Shown: piece by piece, positions 19,540 to 29,817 of the stretch
How the letters are laid out: each line of letters begins with the position of its first letter
How positions within the stretch are numbered: the first letter of the stretch is position 1
Source of the DNA: a virus
Taxonomy: Duplodnaviria; Caudoviricetes
DNA length: 64,000 nt
Virus record (IMG/VR): IMGVR_UViG_3300028591_000084
Strand: one strand, 5' to 3'
The notes under the pieces: generated by a model
What the model saw: only the letters and a program-made list of their open reading frames with translations
The model's database searches: none
What the model was told of the DNA's origin: nothing
Translations under genes and position numbers: made by a program

Positions 19540-19997
19540 TATATATTGAAGTTTTTAATTGGAGAATTATATGACAGTTCAGGAAGTACTATTGAGTATT
19601 CCCGGTTCACATAATCTCTAAATCTCTTTGTCCCAATAATACTAATATCACTTAAGACGTCAAGGAACTTATCGCCATCAATATTTTTATGGCCAATTAT
19701 TAAGGATTGAAGCTTGACGAATAATTGAATGAAATATGCAAGTATATTATGGGGTGAGCAATCAATGGATAGAATTTGATCTCCACTATGAAGAGATAGG
19801 TTATAAAACAAGTCTATCCAAGGCCAGGGAATAAACAAAGATCCTCCATCAGAAAGATAATAGACATGATCACCATCAGTAAGTTGTCTAAGGATCCTAT
19901 TTCCCCCAAGAGAATAATCAGAAAAGTAATTATCAGGTCTGGTTCTTCTAATATATTCCAGACTCATAAAATCATTGAATAGTTCTATGATTCCCAT
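19539..19997 (-). CDS. hypothetical protein
   Basis: 152 aa, coupled. Confidence 0.75.
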   Translation of the reverse strand: MGIIELFNDFMSLEYIRRTRPDNYFSDYSLGGNRILRQLTDGDHVYYLSDGGSLFIPWPWIDLFYNLSLHSGDQILSIDCSPHNILAYFIQLFVKLQSLIIGHKNIDGDKFLDVLSDISIIGTKRFRDYVNREYSIVLPELSYNSPIKNFNI

Positions 19998-20260
19998 AAT
20001 GCTAGATTTTCCAATGCCAATCCAGTTAGTAAAATTGTATTAGTGGATCGGTAAATTATATATCCAGACTTATCACAGGCGGTTCTATACCCCAAGAGGT
20101 CAAGTATTTCATCGACATCCGAACTTAAGAAGGTAGTGATAGCCAAAAGACCACTAGAACTACGGCCAATGACTTTTGTGTATATAATAGAGTAGGGGTA
20201 GATTTCATACCTATCCAAAAAATCTCTAACACAGGTCTCTACCTCTTTAGCTAGATTCAC
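19985..20260 (-). CDS. hypothetical protein
   Basis: 91 aa, coupled. Confidence 0.7.
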   Translation of the reverse strand: MNLAKEVETCVRDFLDRYEIYPYSIIYTKVIGRSSSGLLAITTFLSSDVDEILDLLGYRTACDKSGYIIYRSTNTILLTGLALENLALWES

Positions 20261-20691
20261 AGAATAAATTCCTTTATCGGGTTAACAAGTAACTCTGAAT
20301 TATTCAAGATTTTAGTCAGAGTTGATCTATGGCAGGATTCATAGGAGCTACCATATCCAAGCAAAATTAAACCTTTAGCGTGAGAACAAGAACTTAGGAT
20401 TTCCCACTCTCTTAATACTTGTTCCAGGTCAACTTCACTTATTTCTTTGGCGTAACCCTTATGAAATTCCTCTAGTGTTATTTTTTTATCTCGTTTCTTT
20501 CTAAACAGTTCTGTACTCGGAGACAGGATCTTATAATGAACACTTGTATCGGAGTAACAGCCGATTAAGTCTGATGTTTTAATGTTTCTAATTATAAATA
20601 TTGGAAGTAAGTCCATCGAAATAAAGATGGGCAATGTGAGAGGTGACACAAATGATGTGCTTATTTTGAGATCAGATTTCATTTCCTTCAA
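20257..20691 (-). CDS. DUF488/YeaO-like protein
   Basis: LSPSTEL, EFxxxYxxEI, CHR motifs. Confidence 0.7.
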   Translation of the reverse strand: MKEMKSDLKISTSFVSPLTLPIFISMDLLPIFIIRNIKTSDLIGCYSDTSVHYKILSPSTELFRKKRDKKITLEEFHKGYAKEISEVDLEQVLREWEILSSCSHAKGLILLGYGSSYESCHRSTLTKILNNSELLVNPIKEFIL

Positions 20692-21116
20692 AATTTGTTT
20701 CCCCCAAACTTTTTAAATGCTGCCTTGAATCCTGCTGCATTTGTAAAGCCTGAGGATCTATTTTTCTTTTTCTTGCCTCTACTACTCTCAAAAGATGGCT
20801 GAGAATCTTGTCTCTTTGGTTGTTGTCCGCCGAATCTTTGATTGCTAATCATGAATCCAGAGGGAGCAGACGATAATCTTTTTAAGAGTGCCCTATTACC
20901 CTCAACTATACTGCTCATAGTTTTAGAATCAATATGGTAAGAGATATCTGGACATTGAAGAATATCAACCTTACTTAGTCCTTTATCAAGTAAAAGCTTA
21001 TTCAGCATAACAAGCGCTTCTGTCAAGTTAGTAGAAGCCATTAGTGTGTCAGAATTAGGTTCGTAAATAAGATAACTCTGTTTATTATCGTCGTACTTGA
21101 TGACCACTTCTATCAT
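20688..21116 (-). CDS. hypothetical protein (start revised to MIEVVIKY)
   Basis: The track N-terminal extension overlaps the lipoprotein gene; basic C-terminus. Confidence 0.7.
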   Translation of the reverse strand: MIEVVIKYDDNKQSYLIYEPNSDTLMASTNLTEALVMLNKLLLDKGLSKVDILQCPDISYHIDSKTMSSIVEGNRALLKRLSSAPSGFMISNQRFGGQQPKRQDSQPSFESSRGKKKKNRSSGFTNAAGFKAAFKKFGGNKF

Positions 21117-21354
21117 AATAGTAATAATGTTGATGCTTAGGCTGGTGATGCTTATCAATTGCCTTTTTCTTTGGAATACGATATTTATAAACAGGTTTTC
21201 TTGGTGGTGGAGGAGCTGGTCTATACCTATAATAACCGGGATGTGTCTGCCACTGATGATGATTATAAGGAGTTGGATCATCCCCTACATAAACTTCCCC
21301 TGAGCACCCAATCAACAAGAGGGCGCCAAGTAATGATAAGATGAACTTTTTCAT
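21085..21354 (-). CDS. lipoprotein with Pro/His/Tyr-rich body
   Basis: Signal II MKKFILSLLGALLLIG-C. Confidence 0.7.
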   Translation of the reverse strand: MKKFILSLLGALLLIGCSGEVYVGDDPTPYNHHQWQTHPGYYRYRPAPPPPRKPVYKYRIPKKKAIDKHHQPKHQHYYYYDRSGHQVRR

Positions 21355-21734
21355 AGCAAAATACCAATAATAAGTCCAATTATAGCACCAATACCGGATC
21401 CTTTAAGAAAACTAAGAGTCTTCTTTTTCTTTAGGTCCTTCTTTAGTGCTGCTGTTTGATCAATATAGAAAGCCTCCTTTTTCTGTTCTCTAAGTTCTGT
21501 ATATTGAATAATTGAGTCCTTTTCCGCCAATAGGGCTGAATCTGCACTCAAGAGTTCATTCTGAGTCTCTACGGTCTTTCTTAAATATTCCTCACTTACG
21601 ATAATTTTATTGATTTTAACAAGTTCTTCAGGCGTAATAACCACCATCGTATCTTTGCCGTTAATCAATAGATTCTGAGCATTGGTTGGAATAAAAAGAA
21701 AGAACAATAGGAATGTCATTATAATTCTACTCAT
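21351..21734 (-). CDS. exported coiled-coil protein with C-terminal TM (spanin-like?)
   Basis: Signal peptide ..TNA-Q; C-terminal GIGAIIGLIIGILL. Confidence 0.65.
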   Translation of the reverse strand: MSRIIMTFLLFFLFIPTNAQNLLINGKDTMVVITPEELVKINKIIVSEEYLRKTVETQNELLSADSALLAEKDSIIQYTELREQKKEAFYIDQTAALKKDLKKKKTLSFLKGSGIGAIIGLIIGILL

Positions 21735-22035
21735 ATTGTTCTAATTTTTCTTTTAAGAATTTGATACCACTATCAACAGAAAGGTTCTCTACCTCCTTTT
21801 GCTTCTCCTTAACTTCTTCAAGGATCTTTATCACACTATCCTTTAAGTTTTTTCTCTTCTCTTCTAATCTAGCCTCAATGACCCTCAAGGAATCAAGAGT
21901 TGCCTGTTCCTTCGCATAGTTGTCTGGGGGACAAACAGTTGGGTCAGGATTAAAAAACTGGAAGGTGCAAAAACCAATGCACCACCCAGCTATCAAACCT
22001 ATAAAGGCCAGTAGAATCTCTTTTTTATTTTTCAT
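21727..22035 (-). CDS. N-terminal TM plus coiled coil (i-spanin-like?)
   Basis: ILLAFIGLIAGWCIGF followed by coiled coil. Confidence 0.6.
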   Translation of the reverse strand: MKNKKEILLAFIGLIAGWCIGFCTFQFFNPDPTVCPPDNYAKEQATLDSLRVIEARLEEKRKNLKDSVIKILEEVKEKQKEVENLSVDSGIKFLKEKLEQYE

Positions 22036-22600
22036 CTACAAAAATGCCTAATCTATATTCAACACCCTCACGCTTAGTATAGTTGACGTTCAGGTGGAAG
22101 ATCTTATAATCAGCATCACCATCTTTCATGATAATATGATCGTTCCAACCACCAGTCTCATCTAAATTGTCAATAAGGGTCTTCAATTTCTTGATCTTAT
22201 GAGCTACCTCTGTCATATTCTCAAGCGAGGAATGAGGATTCATCATTTGCTTCTCAAGTTCCTTATATGCTTCAACAGCAGCGTCACGATCAAGTGTGTT
22301 ATCGGGGAGATCTTCAATTCGGTATTGAGACACGCCTGACTCTTTGTAAATCGTATTCATAAACTGATCCCCGACCTTCTTACTAGTAATTTCGACAATC
22401 TTAGCCTCACACTTTCCATCAGAAGCTATGAAGTCTTTAATATTTTCTAGAGTCTTAAATTTTGTTGTAAGCCCTAAGCTAACAAAAACACCTATGGGCT
22501 TGACAAACTCATTTCCATCCACACTATTGACGTAAAATGTCTTGAATGTATGTGGATAGAATAGTTTAACGAGTTCATAAACTTTTTCTCTACTTATCAT
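22025..22600 (-). CDS. hypothetical protein
   Basis: 191 aa ORF in operon. Confidence 0.8.
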   Translation of the reverse strand: MISREKVYELVKLFYPHTFKTFYVNSVDGNEFVKPIGVFVSLGLTTKFKTLENIKDFIASDGKCEAKIVEITSKKVGDQFMNTIYKESGVSQYRIEDLPDNTLDRDAAVEAYKELEKQMMNPHSSLENMTEVAHKIKKLKTLIDNLDETGGWNDHIIMKDGDADYKIFHLNVNYTKREGVEYRLGIFVDEK

Positions 22601-22605
22601 AATAA

Positions 22606-24405
22606 TTAATAGCCTCGTCCTCCAACATAGGACTTATTAAAATTCTTCACTTTGAAATTCCTCGGCCAATCAATTTTATAATTCTGACGGCCATAGTTAA
22701 AGCCCCAGCCTTCATATCCAGGCATCTCCTTTAGTGCAGTTACCCATTCCTCAAGGTAATCCTCAAAATCACTACAAATAATGAAAGTAGTAGAGGAATC
22801 ATAATTTTCCTTGATAAAACGGATAGACCCAGAGAGTCTAGTACCACCGCCCATGTGAATCTTTGGTATAGATTTCCTAGGATCAATATTCTTAATCCAT
22901 TCGCCCATTGAAGTAGACCAAGTAATTATATCATACTTTAATCCTCTATTGATGGATGCCATTTTTCTAGCAATAGTACTAATGATTCTATCTATTAGAT
23001 CTGTATCCATGGATCCAGAAATATCAATGATAAAAACTAACTTAGGTTTTCTATCAATTCTATTTCTAACAATCATACTGGGGGCTATAACGGATCTATT
23101 CTTGCCAAGGTTGTAGTTTCTTATTACATTTCGGGTTACAATGTGCCTCAGAACTTTCGTCTTAGTCCGATTCATTACTTCATCAATTGCTTCGTCTACC
23201 GGATCTAACTTCCTTACTATTCTTATAGCATCAGGGTCACCGTCGGAACCACAACCATAACCACCACCAGCAGCAATAGAGCCAACCTCTCTAGCGTGAT
23301 CAGCCTTGTCCCTGCTCGGGCTCCTATGGTCAAGATTCCAATTAGCCTTGTTCCCTCTTTTACCCTTGTTTCTTAGGTCTCTCTTTTGATTTGTACCTAA
23401 AAATCCTCCAGAATTACTTGTATCGTGTTCAGAACCACTAGGCGCTCCTTTTCTATCACCTTGACCTGGTTGATTACTATCCTGATTTTTTGGATCAGTA
23501 GTACCTTGTTGCTCATCTTCGCTGTCATCATTAAACATTCCGGCAGCTTTCATCAGGTCTTCAAGCGTCGAATAGGAAGAACCATTACCTAGCGCTTTCT
23601 GGAGAGTTTCATTATCAATTTCTGAAGTATCTCCTGAACCACCCATACTAATAGAAACCATCATCTTAATGAATTGACTCAAGTTTCTAATGATTTTCAA
23701 AAAGTATTCAGGATAAGACAAACCATCGGGCCAAGGATTACCATCTTTATCATGGTATTTTCCAGGGAGAATAAACTTAATCTTGGACTCTTTTTCGAGT
23801 TTATCCAAGGCTTCTTTAGCTTCTTTTTTCTTCTCCTCGTCCTTTTCATTGTCAATATAGGCCTTCAAGTCTTCTTCAAGATATTTAGGCATCAAATCGC
23901 TAATATCCTTTTCCATCTCCTCAATATCTTCAGGACTAAGGATCTTGGTATTAACCTCCATATCCATAGCGATATTGTGAAGCTCATGGTTTAATTTGGG
24001 GTCGTCGAGAATTCTATTAATGAGCTCTTCTGCCCACGTAATATTACACTCCTTATTAATTTCATCAATTAACTGACCCCTATAATTTTTCAAAACATCA
24101 TAAGCCCTTCTATCGAGTTCCTGATATTGATTTGAGGATAAGTGACCAAAATAGCAATGACCCCATTCATGTGCCTTGATTCGGTATTGAGTATATTCCT
24201 TATCCGGACCAAGATCAGCAGCAAAAATCGTTACTATCTCAGTTTTATCAGTAGGATCTACGTATGCCCAAGAATAACCAAGAGGCATTTGAGATGAAGG
24301 ATCATAAGGTGTATCATACTGCTCCCTTAATCTCTTATTACCTCTATTATAGGTTCTTCTAATCGTTCTTTCAATAATCTCAATGTCAGATCTTCTTTTC
24401 TTCAT
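22606..24405 (-). CDS. DUF2201-type metallopeptidase-like + VWA domain protein
   Basis: AHEWGH (HExxH), NIAMDMEVN, low-complexity linker, MIDAS DISGSM, GGGT, SD. Confidence 0.85.
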   Translation of the reverse strand: MKKRRSDIEIIERTIRRTYNRGNKRLREQYDTPYDPSSQMPLGYSWAYVDPTDKTEIVTIFAADLGPDKEYTQYRIKAHEWGHCYFGHLSSNQYQELDRRAYDVLKNYRGQLIDEINKECNITWAEELINRILDDPKLNHELHNIAMDMEVNTKILSPEDIEEMEKDISDLMPKYLEEDLKAYIDNEKDEEKKKEAKEALDKLEKESKIKFILPGKYHDKDGNPWPDGLSYPEYFLKIIRNLSQFIKMMVSISMGGSGDTSEIDNETLQKALGNGSSYSTLEDLMKAAGMFNDDSEDEQQGTTDPKNQDSNQPGQGDRKGAPSGSEHDTSNSGGFLGTNQKRDLRNKGKRGNKANWNLDHRSPSRDKADHAREVGSIAAGGGYGCGSDGDPDAIRIVRKLDPVDEAIDEVMNRTKTKVLRHIVTRNVIRNYNLGKNRSVIAPSMIVRNRIDRKPKLVFIIDISGSMDTDLIDRIISTIARKMASINRGLKYDIITWSTSMGEWIKNIDPRKSIPKIHMGGGTRLSGSIRFIKENYDSSTTFIICSDFEDYLEEWVTALKEMPGYEGWGFNYGRQNYKIDWPRNFKVKNFNKSYVGGRGY

Positions 24406-24448
24406 AATAAAAGAAGCCTCAAGGAGTTAATCCCTAAGGCTAATTTAA

Positions 24449-26014
24449 TTAATTAGTAATCTCAATTGGATTAATTTCAGGCATTATATCGAAAGCCGGA
24501 GACCCAAGTCTCTTTGCAGTCTTTCTGATAGTCTTCAAGTTATATTGATATCTCTTGCAGGATAGCGTTACTGTTTCCAAGATATTCTTAACCTCATCAC
24601 TATAATGCTTGTTAGGATCGTTGACTAGGTTACTAGTTACTCTCATCAATCCTGCAATATTATTCCATAAAGCAATATACTTGACAAATTTATCAGGGTT
24701 GTTAACCAAATCCTGCTTAATCTTATCACCATCATCAATACTAAGTTGATTAGCTCTAATAGTGGCAACAACTCTTTCACCAAGCACCTCAATTACATGA
24801 TCATCTAGGGGACGATCAATGTTAGCTAGATCCTTCTCAGCAACCAAACTTTCAATCTTCTTAGTAATAGCAATAATATTACCGTCATCAATAGGTTTAT
24901 TTGCTGCATCATCCTTGTTAGTTTCAAGAATGTCATAGAAGAATTGATTGTATTGAGGAAGAAGATCATTACTCATCTTCTCAATATCGTTAGCTGCATC
25001 AGCAATAGCTTGCATATATCTGTTGGTTACGATCTCTTTTTTCAGCTCATCATTATTTCCACGACTTAGAGCCAAACCTACCGTACCATGAACAACTTTC
25101 TGAAAATTGTTACTAGTCAAACCAGACTTTCCATAATTGATATAACAAGCCACAGCCGCATCAATCAGATAACAGAGAGTACGGAATGTTGCGATATTAG
25201 GAACACCCATCCCCTCATTATCCTGATTTCCAGAATAAATATCCTTAAGTTCTGTTACTGAAGGCACATTGATACCTTCACGGATTTGCATACCTGCCTC
25301 AATCTCAACGGCGCTCTCTAGAATCTCACCTATCTTGTTAATCTGTTCGTCTGATATATTCTTAATACCACCTTCCTCTAAAGCATCGGAAGCCTTCTTC
25401 AACTCATCATACAGGTTAACTCTGTTTCCTGTCATTGAGCCCTTATACTTACACAAGAAGTGCTTCAAATCAGATGCCTGAGGAACAAGATTTACTATAA
25501 AGAATCGATTCAACATTGGAGCAATAACCTCCATCTCAGAACTCAGGTTGTCTGCATAATTACCTGCAGCACAAAGAATCACATTTGAACCGCCGCCAAT
25601 AAACTCATCGTGGCACTTTCTATCGAAAATAATATTCAATGCAGCACCTTGAGTATGACTGTCGGCAACCGTAATTTCATCGAAGAATAATAAGACTTTT
25701 TTACCCTCATCCAGGAGATTCAAGGTCTTCTGAAACCATGACGGTCTGATATGCTTGGCTGACGTTACTGTTGCATCGTTTGTATTAGCAGCAATGTCAT
25801 ATCCAGTCAGAGTATCCGGGGTCTCATTTGATATTCTCAACAATACCATTTCGTACCCATGGATATCACACCACATCTTAACCGCAGTAGATTTTCCAAG
25901 ACCTACATTACCAAGAAATAAGGGGCTAATAAATCTTCCAAGTCTTTCTTGACATGTTCTAGTCATGTTTAACGACATAAAAATCGTTACGTCGATTGAA
26001 TTACTAAAATCCAT
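24449..26014 (-). CDS. MoxR/AAA_5-type AAA+ ATPase
   Basis: Walker A GNVGLGKST, Walker B LFFDE, AAGN, NRF. Confidence 0.88.
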   Translation of the reverse strand: MDFSNSIDVTIFMSLNMTRTCQERLGRFISPLFLGNVGLGKSTAVKMWCDIHGYEMVLLRISNETPDTLTGYDIAANTNDATVTSAKHIRPSWFQKTLNLLDEGKKVLLFFDEITVADSHTQGAALNIIFDRKCHDEFIGGGSNVILCAAGNYADNLSSEMEVIAPMLNRFFIVNLVPQASDLKHFLCKYKGSMTGNRVNLYDELKKASDALEEGGIKNISDEQINKIGEILESAVEIEAGMQIREGINVPSVTELKDIYSGNQDNEGMGVPNIATFRTLCYLIDAAVACYINYGKSGLTSNNFQKVVHGTVGLALSRGNNDELKKEIVTNRYMQAIADAANDIEKMSNDLLPQYNQFFYDILETNKDDAANKPIDDGNIIAITKKIESLVAEKDLANIDRPLDDHVIEVLGERVVATIRANQLSIDDGDKIKQDLVNNPDKFVKYIALWNNIAGLMRVTSNLVNDPNKHYSDEVKNILETVTLSCKRYQYNLKTIRKTAKRLGSPAFDIMPEINPIEITN

Positions 26015-26054
26015 TTTTTCTTTTAATTTTTGTTGTTCTTTAAATATAATTTGT

Positions 26055-26075
26055 CATATATAAGAGAATCACGGG
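26055..26075 (-). promoter_or_regulatory. phage promoter motif
   Basis: CCC-gtgattc-TCTTAtataTG. Confidence 0.7.
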
Positions 26076-26093
26076 TTAGTAGAAGCAAAATAT

Positions 26094-26528
26094 TTAAATG
26101 GGAAACAAATTTTTTAATTGTATTTCCTCAAACTTATCAACTATATTATTAATGATAATGTCCCTCTGTTTTACTACTTCCTCAAGGGTAATCGTATAAT
26201 AGTAGTTTATGCTTCCTTCGAATTTTATTTCAACTCTTATTGAATTCTCTTGTGTAACATAAATATTAATAGTCAAACAGGAAATAGACTCTAAAAATAA
26301 TTTACTGATTGAGGTCCAAAGTTCTTTATCTTCGTTAATGAGAATCTTTTCACTAATTTCATTTAATATAGATCTCATATCGGCGAAGAATTTTTGAAGA
26401 ACTTTCTTTAATTTTGGCTTGATATGGATTATCTGTTCATAATCCGAAGCTAATTCACAATACCAAAACTTATAAAATACTGAACAAGGCTTACATTCTA
26501 TTATAGGAACTTTAGATAGTTTCATCAT
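26094..26528 (-). CDS. hypothetical protein, family C
   Basis: 144 aa; ends QLKNLFPI, similar to neighbours. Confidence 0.7.
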   Translation of the reverse strand: MMKLSKVPIIECKPCSVFYKFWYCELASDYEQIIHIKPKLKKVLQKFFADMRSILNEISEKILINEDKELWTSISKLFLESISCLTINIYVTQENSIRVEIKFEGSINYYYTITLEEVVKQRDIIINNIVDKFEEIQLKNLFPI

Positions 26529-26953
26529 ATTTTCAAAAGATGATTAAGTTGATAATTAAGAACTTGATTGGAAATCTCTCTTGCTAAAGATTTCTTTGTA
26601 TATTTCTTCTTACGGCTATAGAACTCTGTCATTTCTTCATTTGTATAGACAACTAGGTCTTTCTCTCCGAAAAATTTAATCTTAATTGAATTAATTTTAT
26701 CAGTCTTTGAGTTAAGATCAATCTCAACTTCTATTTCTCTTAGAAAAATTCCTAACATTATTTCAACAAAAGAAGTTATATAAGTATCGTTAGGAATCTC
26801 ATTAAATACATCCGAGATAATAGTATATTTTAAAAGACTCATCCCAACCTTTATACGATTAAATCTTAATCCTCCTACATCAAAACAACTAGGCGTTTTC
26901 TTTTTACCATCAACAAGAATTGAATAATGCGTTATTATATCTGACATCTTCAT
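26525..26953 (-). CDS. hypothetical protein, family C
   Basis: Ends YQLNHLLKI. Confidence 0.75.
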   Translation of the reverse strand: MKMSDIITHYSILVDGKKKTPSCFDVGGLRFNRIKVGMSLLKYTIISDVFNEIPNDTYITSFVEIMLGIFLREIEVEIDLNSKTDKINSIKIKFFGEKDLVVYTNEEMTEFYSRKKKYTKKSLAREISNQVLNYQLNHLLKI

Positions 26954-27384
26954 ACTGGCAAAAGATGATTAAGTTGATAATCAAGAGCCTTCATTATTAA
27001 AAAATTCTCTAGTTCAGGCGTCGAGTAATATTTTCGTTCTAATATTGACCAGAAACGCTCCAGATCATCACTGACAAAAGTTATCTTCTCAGTCATATGA
27101 AAGTCAATCGTTATTACTGGATCATAACTATTTTTTAAAAAATCAACAGTAATATTGATATGGCCGAATAAATAAGATATCATATTGTCGACATAGTTAT
27201 ACTCAAATGAACCAATATCTTCCCTTAGTTGATTAATTACTGAGGTTCTGAGATTTACTATGTCTGATTTTATTTTATTATATTGTATCACATATCTTGG
27301 ATTTGAATGATTAGTCTTTACTTCAATTTCACTTATATGTATACCTTCTATAAACAAATCAAAATGTATAAATAAATTTGTCAT
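26950..27384 (-). CDS. hypothetical protein, family C
   Basis: Ends YQLNHLLPV; shares DNA aaaagatgattaagttgataat with neighbour. Confidence 0.75.
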   Translation of the reverse strand: MTNLFIHFDLFIEGIHISEIEVKTNHSNPRYVIQYNKIKSDIVNLRTSVINQLREDIGSFEYNYVDNMISYLFGHINITVDFLKNSYDPVITIDFHMTEKITFVSDDLERFWSILERKYYSTPELENFLIMKALDYQLNHLLPV

Positions 27385-27455
27385 TTCTAAAAGTAAGGTT
27401 TTTAAATGAAATGAAAAATTTACCGGTGAGGAACAGTTATCTCCTTATAAGTGTT

Positions 27456-28253
27456 ATGAAACAATATTTAGATATTTTGAAAAAAACCTTAAATGAAGGG
27501 ACAGATCGTATTGATCGAACTGGAGTAGGAACAAGGGCTATTTTTGGAACATCTACCAGGTATAACTTGGCTGATGGTAAATTTCCCTTATTGACTACTA
27601 AAAAACTCTTTACTAGAGGTATTATTGAAGAATTGTTATGGTTCATTAGTGGTTCTACAAATGCTAAGGATCTTCAAGCAAAAAATGTCCATATTTGGGA
27701 TGAATGGGCTGGCCCTGATGGTGAATTGGGACCTGTCTATGGTAAACAGTGGAGATCCTGGACAATGCCAGATGGTTCTGGAAAGGATCAACTAATGGAA
27801 GTTATTAGTGATATAAAACAAAATCCCTCAAGTAGAAGACTAATTGTTTCATCTTGGAATGTTGGTGAGATACCTGATATGGCTTTACCTCCATGTCATT
27901 GTTTCTATCAATTTTTTGTTAGAGGGGAATATTTAGATCTTCAACTCTATCAGAGAAGTTGCGATATTTTCTTAGGGATGCCTTTTAATATTGCTTCTTA
28001 CTCATTACTTTTAATGATGGTAGCACAAGTAACGGGATTGAAGCCTGGAGAGTTTATTCATACGACTGGGGATACTCATCTGTATAGTAATCACTTTGAA
28101 CAGGCTAAACTGCAATTAACGAGAGAACCAAGAGAGTTACCAACAATGACAATCAATCCGGAAGTGACTGATATTACGAAATTTACAGTTACTGATTTTG
28201 TCTTGTCTGATTATAATCCTTGGCCTGCTATTAAAGCTCCAATTGCAGTATGA
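27456..28253 (+). CDS. thyA: thymidylate synthase (start revised to MKQYLD)
   Basis: [41 protein letters not shown]; promoter CCTTAtaagTG 2 nt before ATG. Confidence 0.98.
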   Translation: MKQYLDILKKTLNEGTDRIDRTGVGTRAIFGTSTRYNLADGKFPLLTTKKLFTRGIIEELLWFISGSTNAKDLQAKNVHIWDEWAGPDGELGPVYGKQWRSWTMPDGSGKDQLMEVISDIKQNPSSRRLIVSSWNVGEIPDMALPPCHCFYQFFVRGEYLDLQLYQRSCDIFLGMPFNIASYSLLLMMVAQVTGLKPGEFIHTTGDTHLYSNHFEQAKLQLTREPRELPTMTINPEVTDITKFTVTDFVLSDYNPWPAIKAPIAV

Positions 28254-28378
28254 AGACCTATCGAGAATTCTTGATTGGCTGCCTCACTAAAGCACCGGAT
28301 ATTAGTGAGATTAAAGAAATATTGTCGGAATTAGAAAGAAATGAAAATATCAATGATTGCAGCAGTGGCTACGGGTAA
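28250..28378 (+). CDS. small ORF (42 aa) between thyA and DHFR
   Basis: ATGA overlap with thyA stop; [32 protein letters not shown]... Confidence 0.5.
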   Translation: MKTYREFLIGCLTKAPDISEIKEILSELERNENINDCSSGYG

Positions 28379-28832
28379 TTTTGCTATTGGAAGAAATGGA
28401 GACTTATGTTTCCATATTTCTGATGATCTTAAGCATTTTAAGGAATTAACTATGGGACATCCTATTATTATGGGATCTAATACAATGAGAAGTATTGAAA
28501 TTCCTCTGCCTGGGCGTAGAAATATGGTACTCAGTAGAAATCCTAATCTTCTTACTGCTGATGATTTTGAAGTTTACAGTAGCTTAGAGGAAGCATTGAA
28601 GGCTTGCGAGCAGGAAGACGAAGTGTTTATTATTGGAGGTGGTCAGGTTTATAAAGAGGCTTATCCGCTAGCAGACACTCTATATCTAACTGAGATCTTT
28701 GAATCTCCTCAAGGAGCTGACACATTCTTCCCTCCATATCACCACGACTTTAAGTGTGTTGAAAGAGAGTATCATTATAGTGAGGGAAAATATAGATTCG
28801 AGTTTACCAAATATGTCAGATATAATACATAG
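28341..28832 (+). CDS. folA: dihydrofolate reductase
   Basis: AIG, DLKHFKELT, IIMG, PLPGRRN, IIGGGQVY, ADTFFP. Confidence 0.97.
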   Translation: MKISMIAAVATGNFAIGRNGDLCFHISDDLKHFKELTMGHPIIMGSNTMRSIEIPLPGRRNMVLSRNPNLLTADDFEVYSSLEEALKACEQEDEVFIIGGGQVYKEAYPLADTLYLTEIFESPQGADTFFPPYHHDFKCVEREYHYSEGKYRFEFTKYVRYNT

Positions 28833-29817
28833 ATGTCCGTACTGTAGTTTTACTTTTACAGACTTAGCGGACTTAGAAAATCATTTAAAGGAAGAGCATT
28901 ACCTAACAATGCAGGCCTATTATGAATTGGAGGAGCTAAGAACGGTTGCTCCTGAAACCTGCTATAAATGTGGAAAAGATAGAACTCCCCTGACTTATTA
29001 TTTGCCGGGAGGTTATTATCTACCTTGTTGGGGATGCTTGACAAACAAATTTGAAAGATCACAAAATACAACTATTATCTTATCGGCTATTAAGAATTAC
29101 TTCTCTAAACTTGTTAATGATAGATACTTACAAATGTTCCTTGTTAGTGATATGTACTTTACCTGGACATTAAGTCATACTTATGACGAGTTTAAAGAAG
29201 TTCTTAAGAATCTTGAGAAATATAATAGAAGTAAAATCTGGTTCCTGGATTGGATCCCTGGATATCCTAAAACAATCTGTTTAGATAATATTGATGGAAT
29301 TCAAGTTAAATTGATCGATGACTGGTATTCAGTGGAATCAGAGCCGGGGGAAATTAAAATCAATTCCTGGAAAGTTATTATGCCAGAGATCATACCATTT
29401 GATCAAAGACATCACTCCAGGTATAACTTACTGAACCTAGCCGCTGATTCTAAAGGTACTAAGAGACTGAGACTCAAAGGTGTCGGAGAGGGTGATACTT
29501 GTGTTAAACTATTTAATAATGGAGAAATGAAATCTCTCTTTCAAATAGTTGACTTAGAGGGTAATCCTATCGAACGACTATCAGAACAAGATCTGACTGT
29601 TACAAAATTAGTATTAATGAGAAATAAACCTTTCATGAAATTAATTTGGTCAGTCTTAGAGGAGATTTTAAGTACTTCTTGTATTTTTAGTGATTCAGCT
29701 TTCTTAAGGAATACTATTACAATTAATCCTGATGAGAGATCTGGTATTAAACTAAATTTTTCTTGGGATCCTTCAAATTATAAAGAAACCTATAATATTA
29801 ATTTATCAATTTTATGA
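28813..29817 (+). CDS. C2H2 + C4 zinc-finger protein (start revised to MSDIIHR)
   Basis: CPYCSFTFTDLADLENHLKEEH; CYKC...CWGC. Confidence 0.8.
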   Translation: MSDIIHRCPYCSFTFTDLADLENHLKEEHYLTMQAYYELEELRTVAPETCYKCGKDRTPLTYYLPGGYYLPCWGCLTNKFERSQNTTIILSAIKNYFSKLVNDRYLQMFLVSDMYFTWTLSHTYDEFKEVLKNLEKYNRSKIWFLDWIPGYPKTICLDNIDGIQVKLIDDWYSVESEPGEIKINSWKVIMPEIIPFDQRHHSRYNLLNLAADSKGTKRLRLKGVGEGDTCVKLFNNGEMKSLFQIVDLEGNPIERLSEQDLTVTKLVLMRNKPFMKLIWSVLEEILSTSCIFSDSAFLRNTITINPDERSGIKLNFSWDPSNYKETYNINLSIL

